From NCBI GenBank assembly GCA_964373715.1, contig CAYJVR010000001.1, forward strand, positions 85,164 to 149,163: a stretch of DNA of 64,000 bases, given 5' to 3'. Of this stretch, positions 9,855 to 19,282 are shown in pieces. The notes below the pieces were generated by a model. That model was not told the DNA's origin, ran no database searches, and saw only the letters and a program-made list of their open reading frames with translations. Positions within the stretch are counted from its first letter, which is position 1, and each line of letters opens with the position of its first letter. Source of the DNA: an uncultured Planctomycetia bacterium. Its GTDB lineage: Bacteria; Omnitrophota; Gorgyraeia; 1-14-0-20-64-10. The translations under genes and the position numbers were made by a program.

Positions 9855-11120
9855 ATGGAAAAACTCATCGTGCGCGGTGGGCGTCCCTTAAAGGGAATAG
9901 TCAAGGTTGGCGGGTCGAAAAACGCGAGCCTTCCCATCCTTGCGGCGACCCTTTTAACCGACGAATTGTGTGTTCTGGAAAACGTTCCGCCCCTGAGGGA
10001 TGTGACGACTATGGTCCGGATCATGCGGAACTTCGGCCTCAAAGTGGTGCAGGAGGGGGCCCGGATCATGGTGGATCCCAACGGCTACAAACTGACTGAA
10101 GCTCCCTATAAGCTTGTTTCCACGATGCGCGCCTCCTTCTGCGTTTTGGGTCCTTTGCTGGCCAAACACCACCAGGCCAAGGTGTCGTTGCCGGGGGGAT
10201 GCGTCATCGGTCCCAGGCCGGTGGATCTTCACCTGAAGGGGTTAAAGGCCCTCGGTGCCCACCTGAAGGTGGAGGGGGGGTATGTTTACGGGAAGGCAAG
10301 GGAACTGAAGGGTTCGACGATGTACCTCGGCGGCGCGTGCGGTTCCTCTGTCCTTGGAACAGGCAACGTGATGATGGCCGCCTGCCTGGCCAGAGGCCGA
10401 ACGGTGATCGAAAATGCCGCTTGCGAACCTGAGGTGGTGGATCTGGCGGAGGTACTGATCAAGATGGGGGCGAAGATCCAGGGGCAGGGAACGCCGGTCG
10501 TGACGATTGAAGGTGTCAGGCGCCTCAACGGTTTTACCCACCGGGTTATCCCCGACAGGATCGAGGCGGGAACTTTTGTTTTAGCGGCCGCTGTGACCGG
10601 AAGCGAGTTGACCATCCAGGGTGGCAGGGCGGACCATCTCGGGGCCGTCATAGACAAATTGAAGGAGGCCGGAGTTACCGTGGCCGCCCGTGATGGGGGC
10701 CTCCACGTCAAGCCTCCGAGGAGGCTGCGCACCGTTGACGTGACGACCCTCCCTTATCCCGGGTTCCCGACCGATCTGCAGGCGCAGATGATGACGTTGA
10801 TGTGCCAGTCTCCCGGGATATCGGTGATCACCGAAAAAATCTATCCGGACCGTTTCATGCACGTCGCCGAGCTCGGTCGCATGGGCGCCCAGATCAAATT
10901 GGAGGGGGCCAGCGCGATTGTTCAGGGGGTCTCCCGGTTGAGTGGAGCGCCGGTGATGGCTTCCGACCTTCGCGCGTCGGCCGCGCTTGTTTTGGCCGGT
11001 CTTGCCGCTAAAGGGATGAGCGAGGTTTCCCGGATTTACCATCTGGACAGGGGCTATGACCGGATTGACATCAAACTGACGCAGCTTGGGGCGGAGATCC
11101 GTCGGGAGAAGAGTGAATAA
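9855..11120 (+). CDS. murA: UDP-N-acetylglucosamine 1-carboxyvinyltransferase
   Basis: The N-terminus MEKLIVRGGRPLKGIVKVGGSKNASLPILAATLL is present. The protein is 421 aa. Confidence 0.95.
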   Translation: MEKLIVRGGRPLKGIVKVGGSKNASLPILAATLLTDELCVLENVPPLRDVTTMVRIMRNFGLKVVQEGARIMVDPNGYKLTEAPYKLVSTMRASFCVLGPLLAKHHQAKVSLPGGCVIGPRPVDLHLKGLKALGAHLKVEGGYVYGKARELKGSTMYLGGACGSSVLGTGNVMMAACLARGRTVIENAACEPEVVDLAEVLIKMGAKIQGQGTPVVTIEGVRRLNGFTHRVIPDRIEAGTFVLAAAVTGSELTIQGGRADHLGAVIDKLKEAGVTVAARDGGLHVKPPRRLRTVDVTTLPYPGFPTDLQAQMMTLMCQSPGISVITEKIYPDRFMHVAELGRMGAQIKLEGASAIVQGVSRLSGAPVMASDLRASAALVLAGLAAKGMSEVSRIYHLDRGYDRIDIKLTQLGAEIRREKSE

Positions 11121-11201
11121 AAAGGTAGCTATAAAGCAGAAGAAAGATTAAAATAAATATTTTGGCTTGGAATCGAAAAGTAAACAGAAGGAGTTGATTC
11201 G

Positions 11202-11453
11202 ATGGCAGAGGTCACCATCCGGCTTAAAAGGCACGGAACGACAAAAAAGCCCCACCACAGGATCGTTGTGATCCAGAAGACTAGGGCAAGGGACAGTGAG
11301 CCGATCGAAGAGATCGGTTATTACGACGCTTCCAAACGGCCCCCTTTTATTAAGGTGGATGCGGCAAGGGCGCAGTACTGGATCGGCAAAGGGGCCATTC
11401 CTTCTCCGACGGTGAAGCGGATTCTCAAGAACCAGTCCGTCGCTGCGGCCTGA
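11202..11453 (+). CDS. rpsP: 30S ribosomal protein S16
   Basis: The N-terminus reads MAEVTIRLKRHGTTKKPHHRIVV. An AT-rich promoter region and a GGAG ribosome-binding site lie upstream. Confidence 0.95.
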   Translation: MAEVTIRLKRHGTTKKPHHRIVVIQKTRARDSEPIEEIGYYDASKRPPFIKVDAARAQYWIGKGAIPSPTVKRILKNQSVAAA

Positions 11454-11467
11454 CTTATCTTTCCGCA

Positions 11468-12166
11468 ATGAGGATTGATGTTCTGACGATATTCCCTGAG
11501 ATGTTTCCTCCCGTTCTGGGGGCGTCAATCCTCCAAAGGGCGGCTGCCAAAGGGGTTGTTGAGGTCCACGTGCACGACCTCAGGGATTGGTCGCACGACA
11601 AGCATAAGAAGGTGGATGACCGTCCTTACGGAGGCGGCCCCGGCATGGTGATGAAGCCGGAGCCTTTTTTTGAGGCTGTCGAGGAGATCAAGAAGCGGTC
11701 GAACGGCTCTGCGCGCGTGGTGTTGCTTTCCCCTCAGGGAGAAAAACTGACGCAGGCAACCGTTCAGAGGCTGGCGGCGGTCCCGTGGTTGATCTTGCTG
11801 TGCGGCCATTATGAAGGGGTGGACGACCGGGTCCGGGCCGGCCTCGCTGCCGAGGAGATCTCGATCGGAGATTATATCTTGACCTGCGGCGAACTTCCTG
11901 CTATGGTTTTGGTGGATGCTTTGGTACGGTTGTTGCCCGGTTCGTTAGGGGATCAACAGTCGCCAGAGGAAGAGTCGTTCAGCGGTAATTTATTGGAGTA
12001 TCCCCAGTATACGCGTCCCTCAGAATACAGAGGAATGCGGGTACCGGAGGTTTTGCTTTCCGGGGATCTTCCCAGGATCACAGAATGGCGTAAATTACAG
12101 TCTTTGCGCCGTACAGCAGATAAAAGACCCGATTTAATCCATGGACCATCGAATTCAAGCGATTGA
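11468..12166 (+). CDS. trmD: tRNA (guanine37-N1)-methyltransferase
   Basis: The N-terminus [13 protein letters not shown] is present. The SPOUT knot region is present. The protein is 232 aa. Confidence 0.93.
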   Translation: MRIDVLTIFPEMFPPVLGASILQRAAAKGVVEVHVHDLRDWSHDKHKKVDDRPYGGGPGMVMKPEPFFEAVEEIKKRSNGSARVVLLSPQGEKLTQATVQRLAAVPWLILLCGHYEGVDDRVRAGLAAEEISIGDYILTCGELPAMVLVDALVRLLPGSLGDQQSPEEESFSGNLLEYPQYTRPSEYRGMRVPEVLLSGDLPRITEWRKLQSLRRTADKRPDLIHGPSNSSD

Positions 12167-12545
12167 ACAAGCACAACTGAAGCCCGATCGGCCGGTTTTC
12201 CGGGCCGGCGATACGGTGCGTGTTTTTGTCCGAATTACCGAAGAGGACAAGACCCGTATCCAGCCGTATGAAGGGGTGGTAATTTCTATCAAAGGGGGTT
12301 CTCTGCGTGAGACCTTTACCGTTCGCCGGATCAGTTATGGAGAGGGGGTCGAAAGAACCTTCCTGCTTCATTCTCCTTTTATTGAAAAAATCTTGGTGGT
12401 GAAACGCGGACATGTCCGCCGGGCCAAACTCTATTACCTGCGCAAGAAGATCGGTAAGGGGGCCCGGATTGAGCAACGTTTTGAAGAAACAGCTGAAACG
12501 ACGGCTCCCGTTCCTCCCACAACGGTTACCCAGTCCTCTTCGTAG
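12141..12545 (+). CDS. rplS: 50S ribosomal protein L19
   Basis: [28 protein letters not shown]. The gene overlaps the trmD 3' end by 26 nt. Confidence 0.93.
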   Translation: MDHRIQAIEQAQLKPDRPVFRAGDTVRVFVRITEEDKTRIQPYEGVVISIKGGSLRETFTVRRISYGEGVERTFLLHSPFIEKILVVKRGHVRRAKLYYLRKKIGKGARIEQRFEETAETTAPVPPTTVTQSSS

Positions 12546-12575
12546 GGGAGCTGCTCGTCTCAACCGGGCAGCGCT

Positions 12576-13223
12576 TTGAACAAACCTCGCAAAGTTCAGG
12601 AACTCCTCAAGTTCGACCGGCAGATCTGTTCTGCCTATAGGCTTAAGCATGCGCCGATTGCCGGGATTGACGAAGTCGGCAGGGGTCCCTTGGCGGGGCC
12701 TCTCCTGGCTTGCGCCGTTATCCTCAAGAAAGCCTTCTTCAGTGTTCCGATAGATGATTCCAAGAAATTGACCCCGCTCGCCCGGGAGAGGGCCTACCGT
12801 CAGATTCTGCCGCACGCCCATGTTGGTTTGGGGATTGTCAGCCCTCAGGAGATCGACCGCCTGGGCATCCAGGCGGCCTGGTCTATCGCCATGCTCCGGG
12901 CGTTTAAGCGTTTGCCGGTTCAACCCGCGCTCCTTTTAATTGACGGTCCGCGGTCCTTTACCGGCTGTACCGTTCCCGCGGTTCCGATTATCCGGGGGGA
13001 TGCCAAATCCCTGGTGATCGCCTGCGCTTCAATTGTGGCGAAGGTGACGCGCGACCGGTGGATGGGCAAACTGGATCTGCTTTTCCCCGAATACGGTTTC
13101 CTCAGTCATAAAGGGTACGGCACCGCCGCTCACATGAAGATCCTCCGGCAGATTGGCCCGTCCGAATTTCACAGGTTCAGTTTCCGGCCGGTCCGTTTTG
13201 AGAGGGCAGGCTGTGCCGAATAA
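12576..13223 (+). CDS. rnhB: ribonuclease HII
   Basis: The IAGIDEVGRGPLAGPL catalytic motif is present. Confidence 0.93.
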   Translation: MNKPRKVQELLKFDRQICSAYRLKHAPIAGIDEVGRGPLAGPLLACAVILKKAFFSVPIDDSKKLTPLARERAYRQILPHAHVGLGIVSPQEIDRLGIQAAWSIAMLRAFKRLPVQPALLLIDGPRSFTGCTVPAVPIIRGDAKSLVIACASIVAKVTRDRWMGKLDLLFPEYGFLSHKGYGTAAHMKILRQIGPSEFHRFSFRPVRFERAGCAE

Positions 13224-13296
13224 TTCGGCTCCCCGGTGGGGACGATTTTTGCGCCGGTTCGGCGGTTTCATCGGTAAGAAAACAGCGGGCTCAAAG

Positions 13297-13653
13297 GTGG
13301 GCCCCCGCGGTGAAGAGGTTGCCGTTTCTCTGCTTCAATCAAGAGGATACCGGATATTGGACCGGAATGTCCGGTCAAGGTTCGGAGAGATTGACCTGGT
13401 CGCCAAGGAAGGTCCCACCCTCTGTTTTGTCGAGGTCAAGGCCCGCCGGACTGTCCGTATGGGGTGGCCTGAGGAGGCGGTGACCGAAGCCAAGCAGAGG
13501 CGTTTGGCCCGTTTGGCTCAGTGGTACCTGAAATCCCGCCGTTATGAAGATCCTCCCGTCCGTTTTGATGTCGTCTCGGTTCTTTTCGGGCCGGAAGGTT
13601 CTGTCGCGCGGACCCGCCTTATCAAAGGAGCTTTCGAATCAAAAAGAGTCTGA
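13297..13653 (+). CDS. yraN: YraN/UPF0102 family endonuclease-like protein
   Basis: The family motif GEIDLVAKEGPTLCFVEVKAR is present. The track ORF starts at 13153 inside rnhB. The GTG at 13297 is a guess at the start and gives the family-typical length of about 118 aa. Confidence 0.7.
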   Translation: MGPRGEEVAVSLLQSRGYRILDRNVRSRFGEIDLVAKEGPTLCFVEVKARRTVRMGWPEEAVTEAKQRRLARLAQWYLKSRRYEDPPVRFDVVSVLFGPEGSVARTRLIKGAFESKRV

Positions 13654-13667
13654 TAGAATAAGCGTCT

Positions 13668-15365
13668 ATGTCTACACAAACCGAACGCAAAGTCCCATCG
13701 AATATTGAGATTGCGCAGGCGGCGCGTCCGCTCCAGATCATGGAAATCGCCCGGGTGGCCGGCATTCGCCTTGAGGAGCTGGAGGTCTACGGCCAGTACA
13801 AGGCCAAGGTTTCCTTGAAGATACTGGACCGTGTGCGCAACCGTCCGTACGGCCGGCTGATCCTGGTCTCTGCGATTACGCCGACTGAAGCGGGGGAAGG
13901 GAAGACCTCCACCGCCATCGGATTGACCCAGGCTTTAGGACGCCTCCGGAAGAAAGCGATCCTCACTCTCCGGGAGCCTTCCATTGGGCCGATTTTCGGC
14001 GTTAAGGGGGGAGCGTGCGGTTCCGGCCGGGCCCAGATTTTGCCGATGGACGATATCAATCTCCATTTCACGGGGGATATCCACGCGGTCGGCACGGCCC
14101 ACAACCTGCTGGCCGCGATGGTAGAGAACCAGGTGATTCATGACAACGAATTAGAGATTGATCCGAACCGGATCGTCTGGCGCCGGGTTTCTGAAATTCC
14201 GGACCGGAACCTCCGCCATGTGGAGGTGGGATTAGGCGGGATCGGCTACCTTAAAAGGGAAACAGGATTCGATATCACTGTCGCCAGCGAAATTATGGCG
14301 ATCCTTGCCCTTGCCACCGGTTTCCAGGATCTGAAGGATCGGCTCGGACGGATGGTGGTGGCCTACCGGAAGGACGGCTCACCGGTGACGGCCGCTGATG
14401 TGAAGGCGGTCGGAGCGATGGCGCTGCTGCTGAAGGACGCGGTTAAGCCGAACCTGGTTCAGACTTTGGAAGGACAGCCGGTTTTTATTCACACCGGGCC
14501 TTTTGCCAACATGGCGCACGGGGCCAACTCCGTGCTCGCCACCGAGATGGCACTGCGGTTGGCCGACTACTGCGTGACCGAAGGGGGTTTTGGGACCGAT
14601 CTCGGTCTTGAGAAATTCTGCGACATCGTTACCCGGTCCGGCGGGTTTACGCCGGAGATTGCCGTACTGGTGGTCACCATCCGGGCGCTAAAAGTGCATG
14701 GCGGGCTTTCTTTGAAGGAAACCTTCGAGGGCGAGGATACCCGGGCGCTTCAGCGGGGTTATGGAAATATGGAACGGCATCTGGCCATCATTCAGCGGTT
14801 AGGGCTTACCCCGGTGGTGGCGATCAACCGTTTCCCCTCTGACACAGAGCTCGAGCTCCGGCTTTTGAAAGAGCACTGCATGGGATTGAAGGTCCGGTGC
14901 GCTGTCTCCGAAGTATCGGAAAAAGGGGGAGAGGGAGGAGTAGATCTGGCCAAGGAGGTGCTCGGCGCTCTCCAGCAGGACCGAAGCGCCCATTTCCAGC
15001 CGCTCTATCCGCTCGATTGGTCTATTGAGAAAAAGCTGGAGACGCTTGCGCGGGAGGTGTACGGGGCCGATGGGGTGGAGTACGTGGAAACGGCTCGGGA
15101 CGACATCGAACGCTTGAACAAGCATGGTTTTGCCGGGCTTCCGATCAACGTCGCTAAGACGCAGCTGTCGCTGAGCGACGATCCCAAGGCCAAAGGGGTG
15201 CCGACCGGGTGGAAGCTCAAGGTTCGCGAGATCCATGCGGCGGCCGGCGCCGGTTTCCTGGTGGCGATGACCGGCAAGATACTCACTATGCCGGGTCTTC
15301 CGAAATCTCCGATTGCCGAAAAGCTGGACATCTCGCCCGATGGCCGGATTACAGGTTTATTCTAA
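13668..15365 (+). CDS. fhs: formate--tetrahydrofolate ligase
   Basis: The motif PTEAGEGKTSTAIGL is present. The protein is 565 aa. Confidence 0.95.
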   Translation: MSTQTERKVPSNIEIAQAARPLQIMEIARVAGIRLEELEVYGQYKAKVSLKILDRVRNRPYGRLILVSAITPTEAGEGKTSTAIGLTQALGRLRKKAILTLREPSIGPIFGVKGGACGSGRAQILPMDDINLHFTGDIHAVGTAHNLLAAMVENQVIHDNELEIDPNRIVWRRVSEIPDRNLRHVEVGLGGIGYLKRETGFDITVASEIMAILALATGFQDLKDRLGRMVVAYRKDGSPVTAADVKAVGAMALLLKDAVKPNLVQTLEGQPVFIHTGPFANMAHGANSVLATEMALRLADYCVTEGGFGTDLGLEKFCDIVTRSGGFTPEIAVLVVTIRALKVHGGLSLKETFEGEDTRALQRGYGNMERHLAIIQRLGLTPVVAINRFPSDTELELRLLKEHCMGLKVRCAVSEVSEKGGEGGVDLAKEVLGALQQDRSAHFQPLYPLDWSIEKKLETLAREVYGADGVEYVETARDDIERLNKHGFAGLPINVAKTQLSLSDDPKAKGVPTGWKLKVREIHAAAGAGFLVAMTGKILTMPGLPKSPIAEKLDISPDGRITGLF

Positions 15366-15389
15366 ACTTTAAAGAAGGGATCCCACTCG

Positions 15390-15962
15390 ATGAAGCGTCC
15401 TTCGGTCTCTTCTTCTTGGACGATCCAAAAATTTGTCCGGCGGCTGGGCTCTTCAGAGCCTGCTCCGGGAGGAGGGTCCGCCGCGGCTCTTGGAGGGGCG
15501 TTGGGGTGCGCCTTAATCAGCATGGTTGCCCGCATCCTGCTGTCCCGGCAGAAAATGGCCGCGGCTGTGAAAGGAAAACTCAGGCAGGACCTTCGGGCCG
15601 CGGATCAGCTGTCGCGCAGGTTCCTCGTTCTCCTTCAGGAGGACGCGGACGTCTATTACCAGCTTGTGCAGGCCCACCGGCGTCAGAATGGTGTTGCCCA
15701 AGCCAGGAAGAAAGCGGTGGAGACCCCGATGGATATCTGCGCCAATTCAGCGTTGGCGTTGCAGTTCTGCAAGGGGCTGCACCGTTTCGCCGGCCCTTAT
15801 CTCGGTTCTGATTTAAAAGCGGCGAGGGCTCTTTTAAAGGGAGCTTTTGAGTCGGCCTCCCTGATGGTGATGATCAACCTCGAAGGGCCGGATCCCGAAG
15901 GCAAGGGCAGGGAGGTAAGAAAACAATTGGCCTCACTCCAAAAGAAGGTCAGGGTTTTATGA
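15390..15962 (+). CDS. cyclodeaminase/cyclohydrolase-family protein (methenyl-THF cyclohydrolase FchA / FtcD C-domain-like)
   Basis: There is a Gly-rich PGGGSAAALGGALGCAL motif. The protein is 190 aa and helical. It sits between fhs and folD. Confidence 0.7.
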   Translation: MKRPSVSSSWTIQKFVRRLGSSEPAPGGGSAAALGGALGCALISMVARILLSRQKMAAAVKGKLRQDLRAADQLSRRFLVLLQEDADVYYQLVQAHRRQNGVAQARKKAVETPMDICANSALALQFCKGLHRFAGPYLGSDLKAARALLKGAFESASLMVMINLEGPDPEGKGREVRKQLASLQKKVRVL

Positions 15963-16825
15963 TGACGACAGCGCAGATCCTGGACGGCCGGGTTATTGCG
16001 GGGAAGATCCTTGCCGACTTGAAGCTCGAGGTGGAAAAGCTGCGCCGGCAGCACGGCCGCGTCCCTTTTTTGCTGACCGTGCAGATGGGGGCCCAGTCCG
16101 CGTCGGACCTGTTCGTCCGTTCTCAGAAGCGTGCGGCCGAGTCCCTCGGAATTGGTTACCGTCTTGAACGGCTTCCCCAGGAGGTGACCCAGCAGGAACT
16201 TCACGAATTGATCAAGGGATGGAACAAAGACCCTCAGATTACGGGTATCACGATCCAGTTCCCGCTGCCTGCCCACATTGACGCGCGGGAGATATCGGCG
16301 CAGCTGGATCCGCGCAAGGACGTGGAGGGAATACATCCGCAGCATCTCGGCCAGTCGGTGTTCGGGTGGTCGAGAATAGGGACCTGTACCTCGCTCGCGG
16401 TCATGGAGCTGATCAACTCCACCGGTTCCGATCTTTACGGCAAAGAGGCCGTGATCGTCGGCCACAGCGAACTGATCGGAAAGCCGGTCAGCCTGCTGCT
16501 GCTGGACCGTTTCTGCACCACCACGATTTGCCACGTGGCGACCGCCGACCGTGGCCGTTTAAGCGAGCATGTTCGCCGCGCGGAGGTTCTGGTTGTGGCC
16601 GTTGGCAAGGCCCACCTCATTAAGGGGGCTTGGATAAAACCGGGCGCCATTGTGGTAGATGTCGGGATCAACCTCGTGGACGGCCAGGTCAGGGGGGACG
16701 TCGAGTTCGACGAAGCTGCAAAGGTGGCCAGCTTTATTACGCCGGTGCCCGGCGGTGTCGGGCCGGTCGTGGTGGCCACGCTGATGCGCAATACACTGGA
16801 AGTTTTTAAACTTCAGCTCAAGTAA
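15959..16825 (+). CDS. folD: bifunctional methylene-THF dehydrogenase / methenyl-THF cyclohydrolase
   Basis: MMTTAQILDGRVIAGKIL. The protein is 288 aa. The conserved GxSxxxGxP region is present (VIVGHSELIGKPVS). Confidence 0.93.
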   Translation: MMTTAQILDGRVIAGKILADLKLEVEKLRRQHGRVPFLLTVQMGAQSASDLFVRSQKRAAESLGIGYRLERLPQEVTQQELHELIKGWNKDPQITGITIQFPLPAHIDAREISAQLDPRKDVEGIHPQHLGQSVFGWSRIGTCTSLAVMELINSTGSDLYGKEAVIVGHSELIGKPVSLLLLDRFCTTTICHVATADRGRLSEHVRRAEVLVVAVGKAHLIKGAWIKPGAIVVDVGINLVDGQVRGDVEFDEAAKVASFITPVPGGVGPVVVATLMRNTLEVFKLQLK

Positions 16826-16834
16826 GGATTCCCG

Positions 16835-17728
16835 ATGCGCGTGACGATACCGGATATTTTAGAGAAGAAAAAGAGGGGTGAGAAGATCACGATGCTCACC
16901 GCCTATGATCTGCCTCTGGCACGCCTCATGGACCAGGCGGGGATTGATATGGTCCTCGTCGGGGATTCGCTCGGAATGGTGGCGCTGGGCTATCCTTCGA
17001 CCGTGCCGGTCACCATGCGGGATATGATCCATCACGCGAAGGCGGTGCGGCGCGGGGTGGAGCGGGCGCTGGTTGTGGGGGACATGCCCTTCATGTCTTT
17101 TAACGTTTCCAGGGAGAGAACGATCGCCAATGCGGGCCGGTTCCTGAAAGAGGCCGGCTGTGACGCGGTGAAAGTCGAGGCGGGGCAGGGTTCGGCCGAT
17201 TCCATTGAGGCGGTTGAGACGATTGTCCAGTCGGGTATCCCGGTGGTGGGCCATTTGGGTCTGACCCCGCAGACGGCCGGCATGGTCGGCGGTTTCAAGG
17301 TGCAGGCGAAATCGGCGAAGGCGGCGGCCGATCTTTTGGAGGAGGCCAAAGCTTTGGAAGAGTCCGGCTGTTTCTGCCTGGTGCTGGAGTGCGTGCCGGC
17401 CGAAGTGGCCGCGGCGATCACCAAGGCACTGGCCATTCCCACCATCGGCATCGGGGCCGGTCCTCACTGCGACGGGCAGGTTTTGGTCACGCACGACCTG
17501 CTGGGATTCTCGTCCGGGTTCCATCCGAAATTCGTGCGCCGTTTCGCCCGTCTGGACCAGGATGTGCTGAAAGCCTTCGGCGAGTTCAAAAGATCGGTCA
17601 AGGAAGGAGATTTTCCTTCGCGTGAGGAGAGCTACCCGATGTCTGCCGAAGAGCTCAGGAAATTCAAGGCGATCTCCGGACGGCGCCGGTCGAAGAAGAT
17701 CGTCAAAATCGGAAGGCTCTCCGGGTGA
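16835..17728 (+). CDS. panB: 3-methyl-2-oxobutanoate hydroxymethyltransferase (with ~30-aa C-terminal extension)
   Basis: The motifs KITMLTAYD and VLVGDSLGMV are present. The protein is 297 aa. Confidence 0.9.
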   Translation: MRVTIPDILEKKKRGEKITMLTAYDLPLARLMDQAGIDMVLVGDSLGMVALGYPSTVPVTMRDMIHHAKAVRRGVERALVVGDMPFMSFNVSRERTIANAGRFLKEAGCDAVKVEAGQGSADSIEAVETIVQSGIPVVGHLGLTPQTAGMVGGFKVQAKSAKAAADLLEEAKALEESGCFCLVLECVPAEVAAAITKALAIPTIGIGAGPHCDGQVLVTHDLLGFSSGFHPKFVRRFARLDQDVLKAFGEFKRSVKEGDFPSREESYPMSAEELRKFKAISGRRRSKKIVKIGRLSG

Positions 17729-18888
17729 TCTCACCGGAAGAGACGGTTGCGGTCCGCGCTCAAGGAACGCGCGACCACTTCCTCGACTCGCCTCGCGAGT
17801 CCTCGACGGTCGTCGTTGCGATGAGCGGCGGGGTGGATTCCTCGGTCGCCGCCTATCTCCTGCGGGAGTCCGGCTACCGGGTCATCGGCATGGCGCTGAA
17901 AACCTGGCCCAAGGAGCTGTGCGATACTGTCCCGAAGGGGCAGACCTGCTGTTCCACCCGGGACATCGACGATGCCCGGCAGGTGGCCGCCCATCTGGGG
18001 ATCCCTTTCTATGTGGTGGAGGCGGCCAAAGAGTTCAAGTCCGAGGTGATGGATTATTTCGTCAAAGGGTATTCGGAGGGCCTTACCCCGAACCCCTGCG
18101 TGGTTTGCAACCGGCAGATAAAGACGGGCATTCTTCTCGAGCGGGCGAGGGCGTTGGGGGCCCGCTGGCTGGCGACCGGCCATTACGCGGGCGTTGAGTG
18201 GTCTCAGCGGAGGGGCCGCTACCTCATCCGGCAGGCTGTGGATGAAAAGAAAGACCAGTCTTACGTCCTCTTTCAGCTGACCCAGGGACAGCTGTCCCAT
18301 ATGATTTTGCCTTTGGGAGACAAGCCGAAGGGAAGGGTCCGTGAACTGGCGAAGGAGGCCGGCTTAAGCGTGGCCGACAAACCTGAATCGATGGAGCTTT
18401 GTTTTATCCCCGACGGCGACACAAAAGGTTTTCTGCGGGCGAGGATTCCGGAAGCATTTATTCCCGGCGATATCGTAGATAGGCGGGGAAAGGTTCTGGG
18501 CACCCATCAAGGGATTGCCGCTTATACGGTCGGCCAGCGCAAGGGGCTTGGGTTGGCGCATCCGACCCCTTTGTATGTATTGGGCCTAGACCGGGTGACG
18601 AACAGGGTGATCGTTGGGGAAGAGGAGGATCTTGCGACCGTCTTCTGTGAGGTCGAGGAGCTTCATTGGATGGCTATTTCTCGGTTGGAGGAACCGATGG
18701 AAGGTTTCATCAAGGTCCGTTACAGGGCGGAGAAGCTTCCGGCCCGGTTTATCCCGGCGGGAAGCCGTGTCCGGGTCGAATTCAAGGACCCTCTGCCGGG
18801 TGGCGTCAGTCCCGGCCAGGCCGCGGTCTTCTACGATGGGAATGTTGTTTTGGGCGGCGGTTGGATCGTCAAACCGGAGATATCATGA
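17725..18888 (+). CDS. mnmA: tRNA-specific 2-thiouridylase
   Basis: The PP-loop VVAMSGGVDSSVAAYLL is present. The catalytic Cys region is present. The exact start is uncertain because in-frame codons lie downstream of 17725. Confidence 0.88.
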   Translation: MISPEETVAVRAQGTRDHFLDSPRESSTVVVAMSGGVDSSVAAYLLRESGYRVIGMALKTWPKELCDTVPKGQTCCSTRDIDDARQVAAHLGIPFYVVEAAKEFKSEVMDYFVKGYSEGLTPNPCVVCNRQIKTGILLERARALGARWLATGHYAGVEWSQRRGRYLIRQAVDEKKDQSYVLFQLTQGQLSHMILPLGDKPKGRVRELAKEAGLSVADKPESMELCFIPDGDTKGFLRARIPEAFIPGDIVDRRGKVLGTHQGIAAYTVGQRKGLGLAHPTPLYVLGLDRVTNRVIVGEEEDLATVFCEVEELHWMAISRLEEPMEGFIKVRYRAEKLPARFIPAGSRVRVEFKDPLPGGVSPGQAAVFYDGNVVLGGGWIVKPEIS

Positions 18889-19100
18889 GCCGCGTGAAGC
18901 CGGCCGTCTCTCTGTCTGCCTGGTTCACCGAATCGGAGTTTATCGAAGCGGAAGCGGAGGCCGAGATGTTGATTCTCAAGCTGACGCCGGAAGGGCAGGA
19001 CAGGGTTTTCTCCGATCCGGAATTCCGCGAGAAGCTGGTTGCCGAAGCAAAAGGCCTCGGCTTCTCACGGCTCGTCACGGAGCTTTTTCCCCGGCCTTGA
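18885..19100 (+). CDS. small acidic hypothetical protein (71 aa) translationally coupled to mnmA
   Basis: The ATG overlaps the mnmA stop (ATGA). The protein is MSRVKPAVSLSAWFTESEFIEAEAEAEMLILKLTPEGQDRVFSDPEFREKLVAEAKGLGFSRLVTELFPRP. It is the C-terminal part of track ORF 18666..19100, whose upstream part overlaps mnmA out of frame. Confidence 0.5.
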   Translation: MSRVKPAVSLSAWFTESEFIEAEAEAEMLILKLTPEGQDRVFSDPEFREKLVAEAKGLGFSRLVTELFPRP

Positions 19101-19107
19101 CCGGTGC

Positions 19108-19113
19108 TATACT
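19108..19113 (+). promoter_or_regulatory. extended -10 element (TGcTATACT) about 60 nt upstream of tRNA(CAT)
   Basis: gtgcTATACT was seen in the sequence. No good -35 hexamer is present, so the element would have to act as an extended -10. Confidence 0.35.
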
Positions 19114-19172
19114 CTCTTTTTTCGAGAAACAGCGCAAAGAATTACCACGCACGGAACTCATTGGCGGCGTAG

Positions 19173-19247
19173 CTCAGCCCGGTTAGAGCAAGCGGCTCAT
19201 ACCCGCTATGTCACTGGTTCGAATCCAGTCGCCGCTATTTTTTTACA
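19173..19247 (+). tRNA. tRNA with CAT anticodon (tRNA-Met; could be tRNA-Ile2 lysidine substrate)
   Basis: A cloverleaf was read by hand. The acceptor stem is ggcggcg/cgccgct with a G1.U72 pair. The D-arm is gctcagcccggttagagc. The anticodon stem-loop is agcgg-CTCATAC-ccgct. The T-arm is actgg-ttcgaat-ccagt. No CCA is encoded. Confidence 0.85.
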
Positions 19248-19282
19248 AGAGCCGGAGCAAGCAGGGCCCGCCGGAAACTATC

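Noticed and set aside
12078-12923. 281-aa minus-strand ORF spanning rplS/rnhB, and 16859..17734 (291 aa) opposite panB
   Set aside because: They overlap well-supported + strand genes and no motifs were recognised. They are antisense artefacts.
18666-19100. 144-aa + strand ORF from the track
   Set aside because: Its upstream two-thirds overlap the mnmA 3' end out of frame. Only the distal 71 aa after the ATGA-coupled ATG at 18885 is plausible. That part is reported separately.
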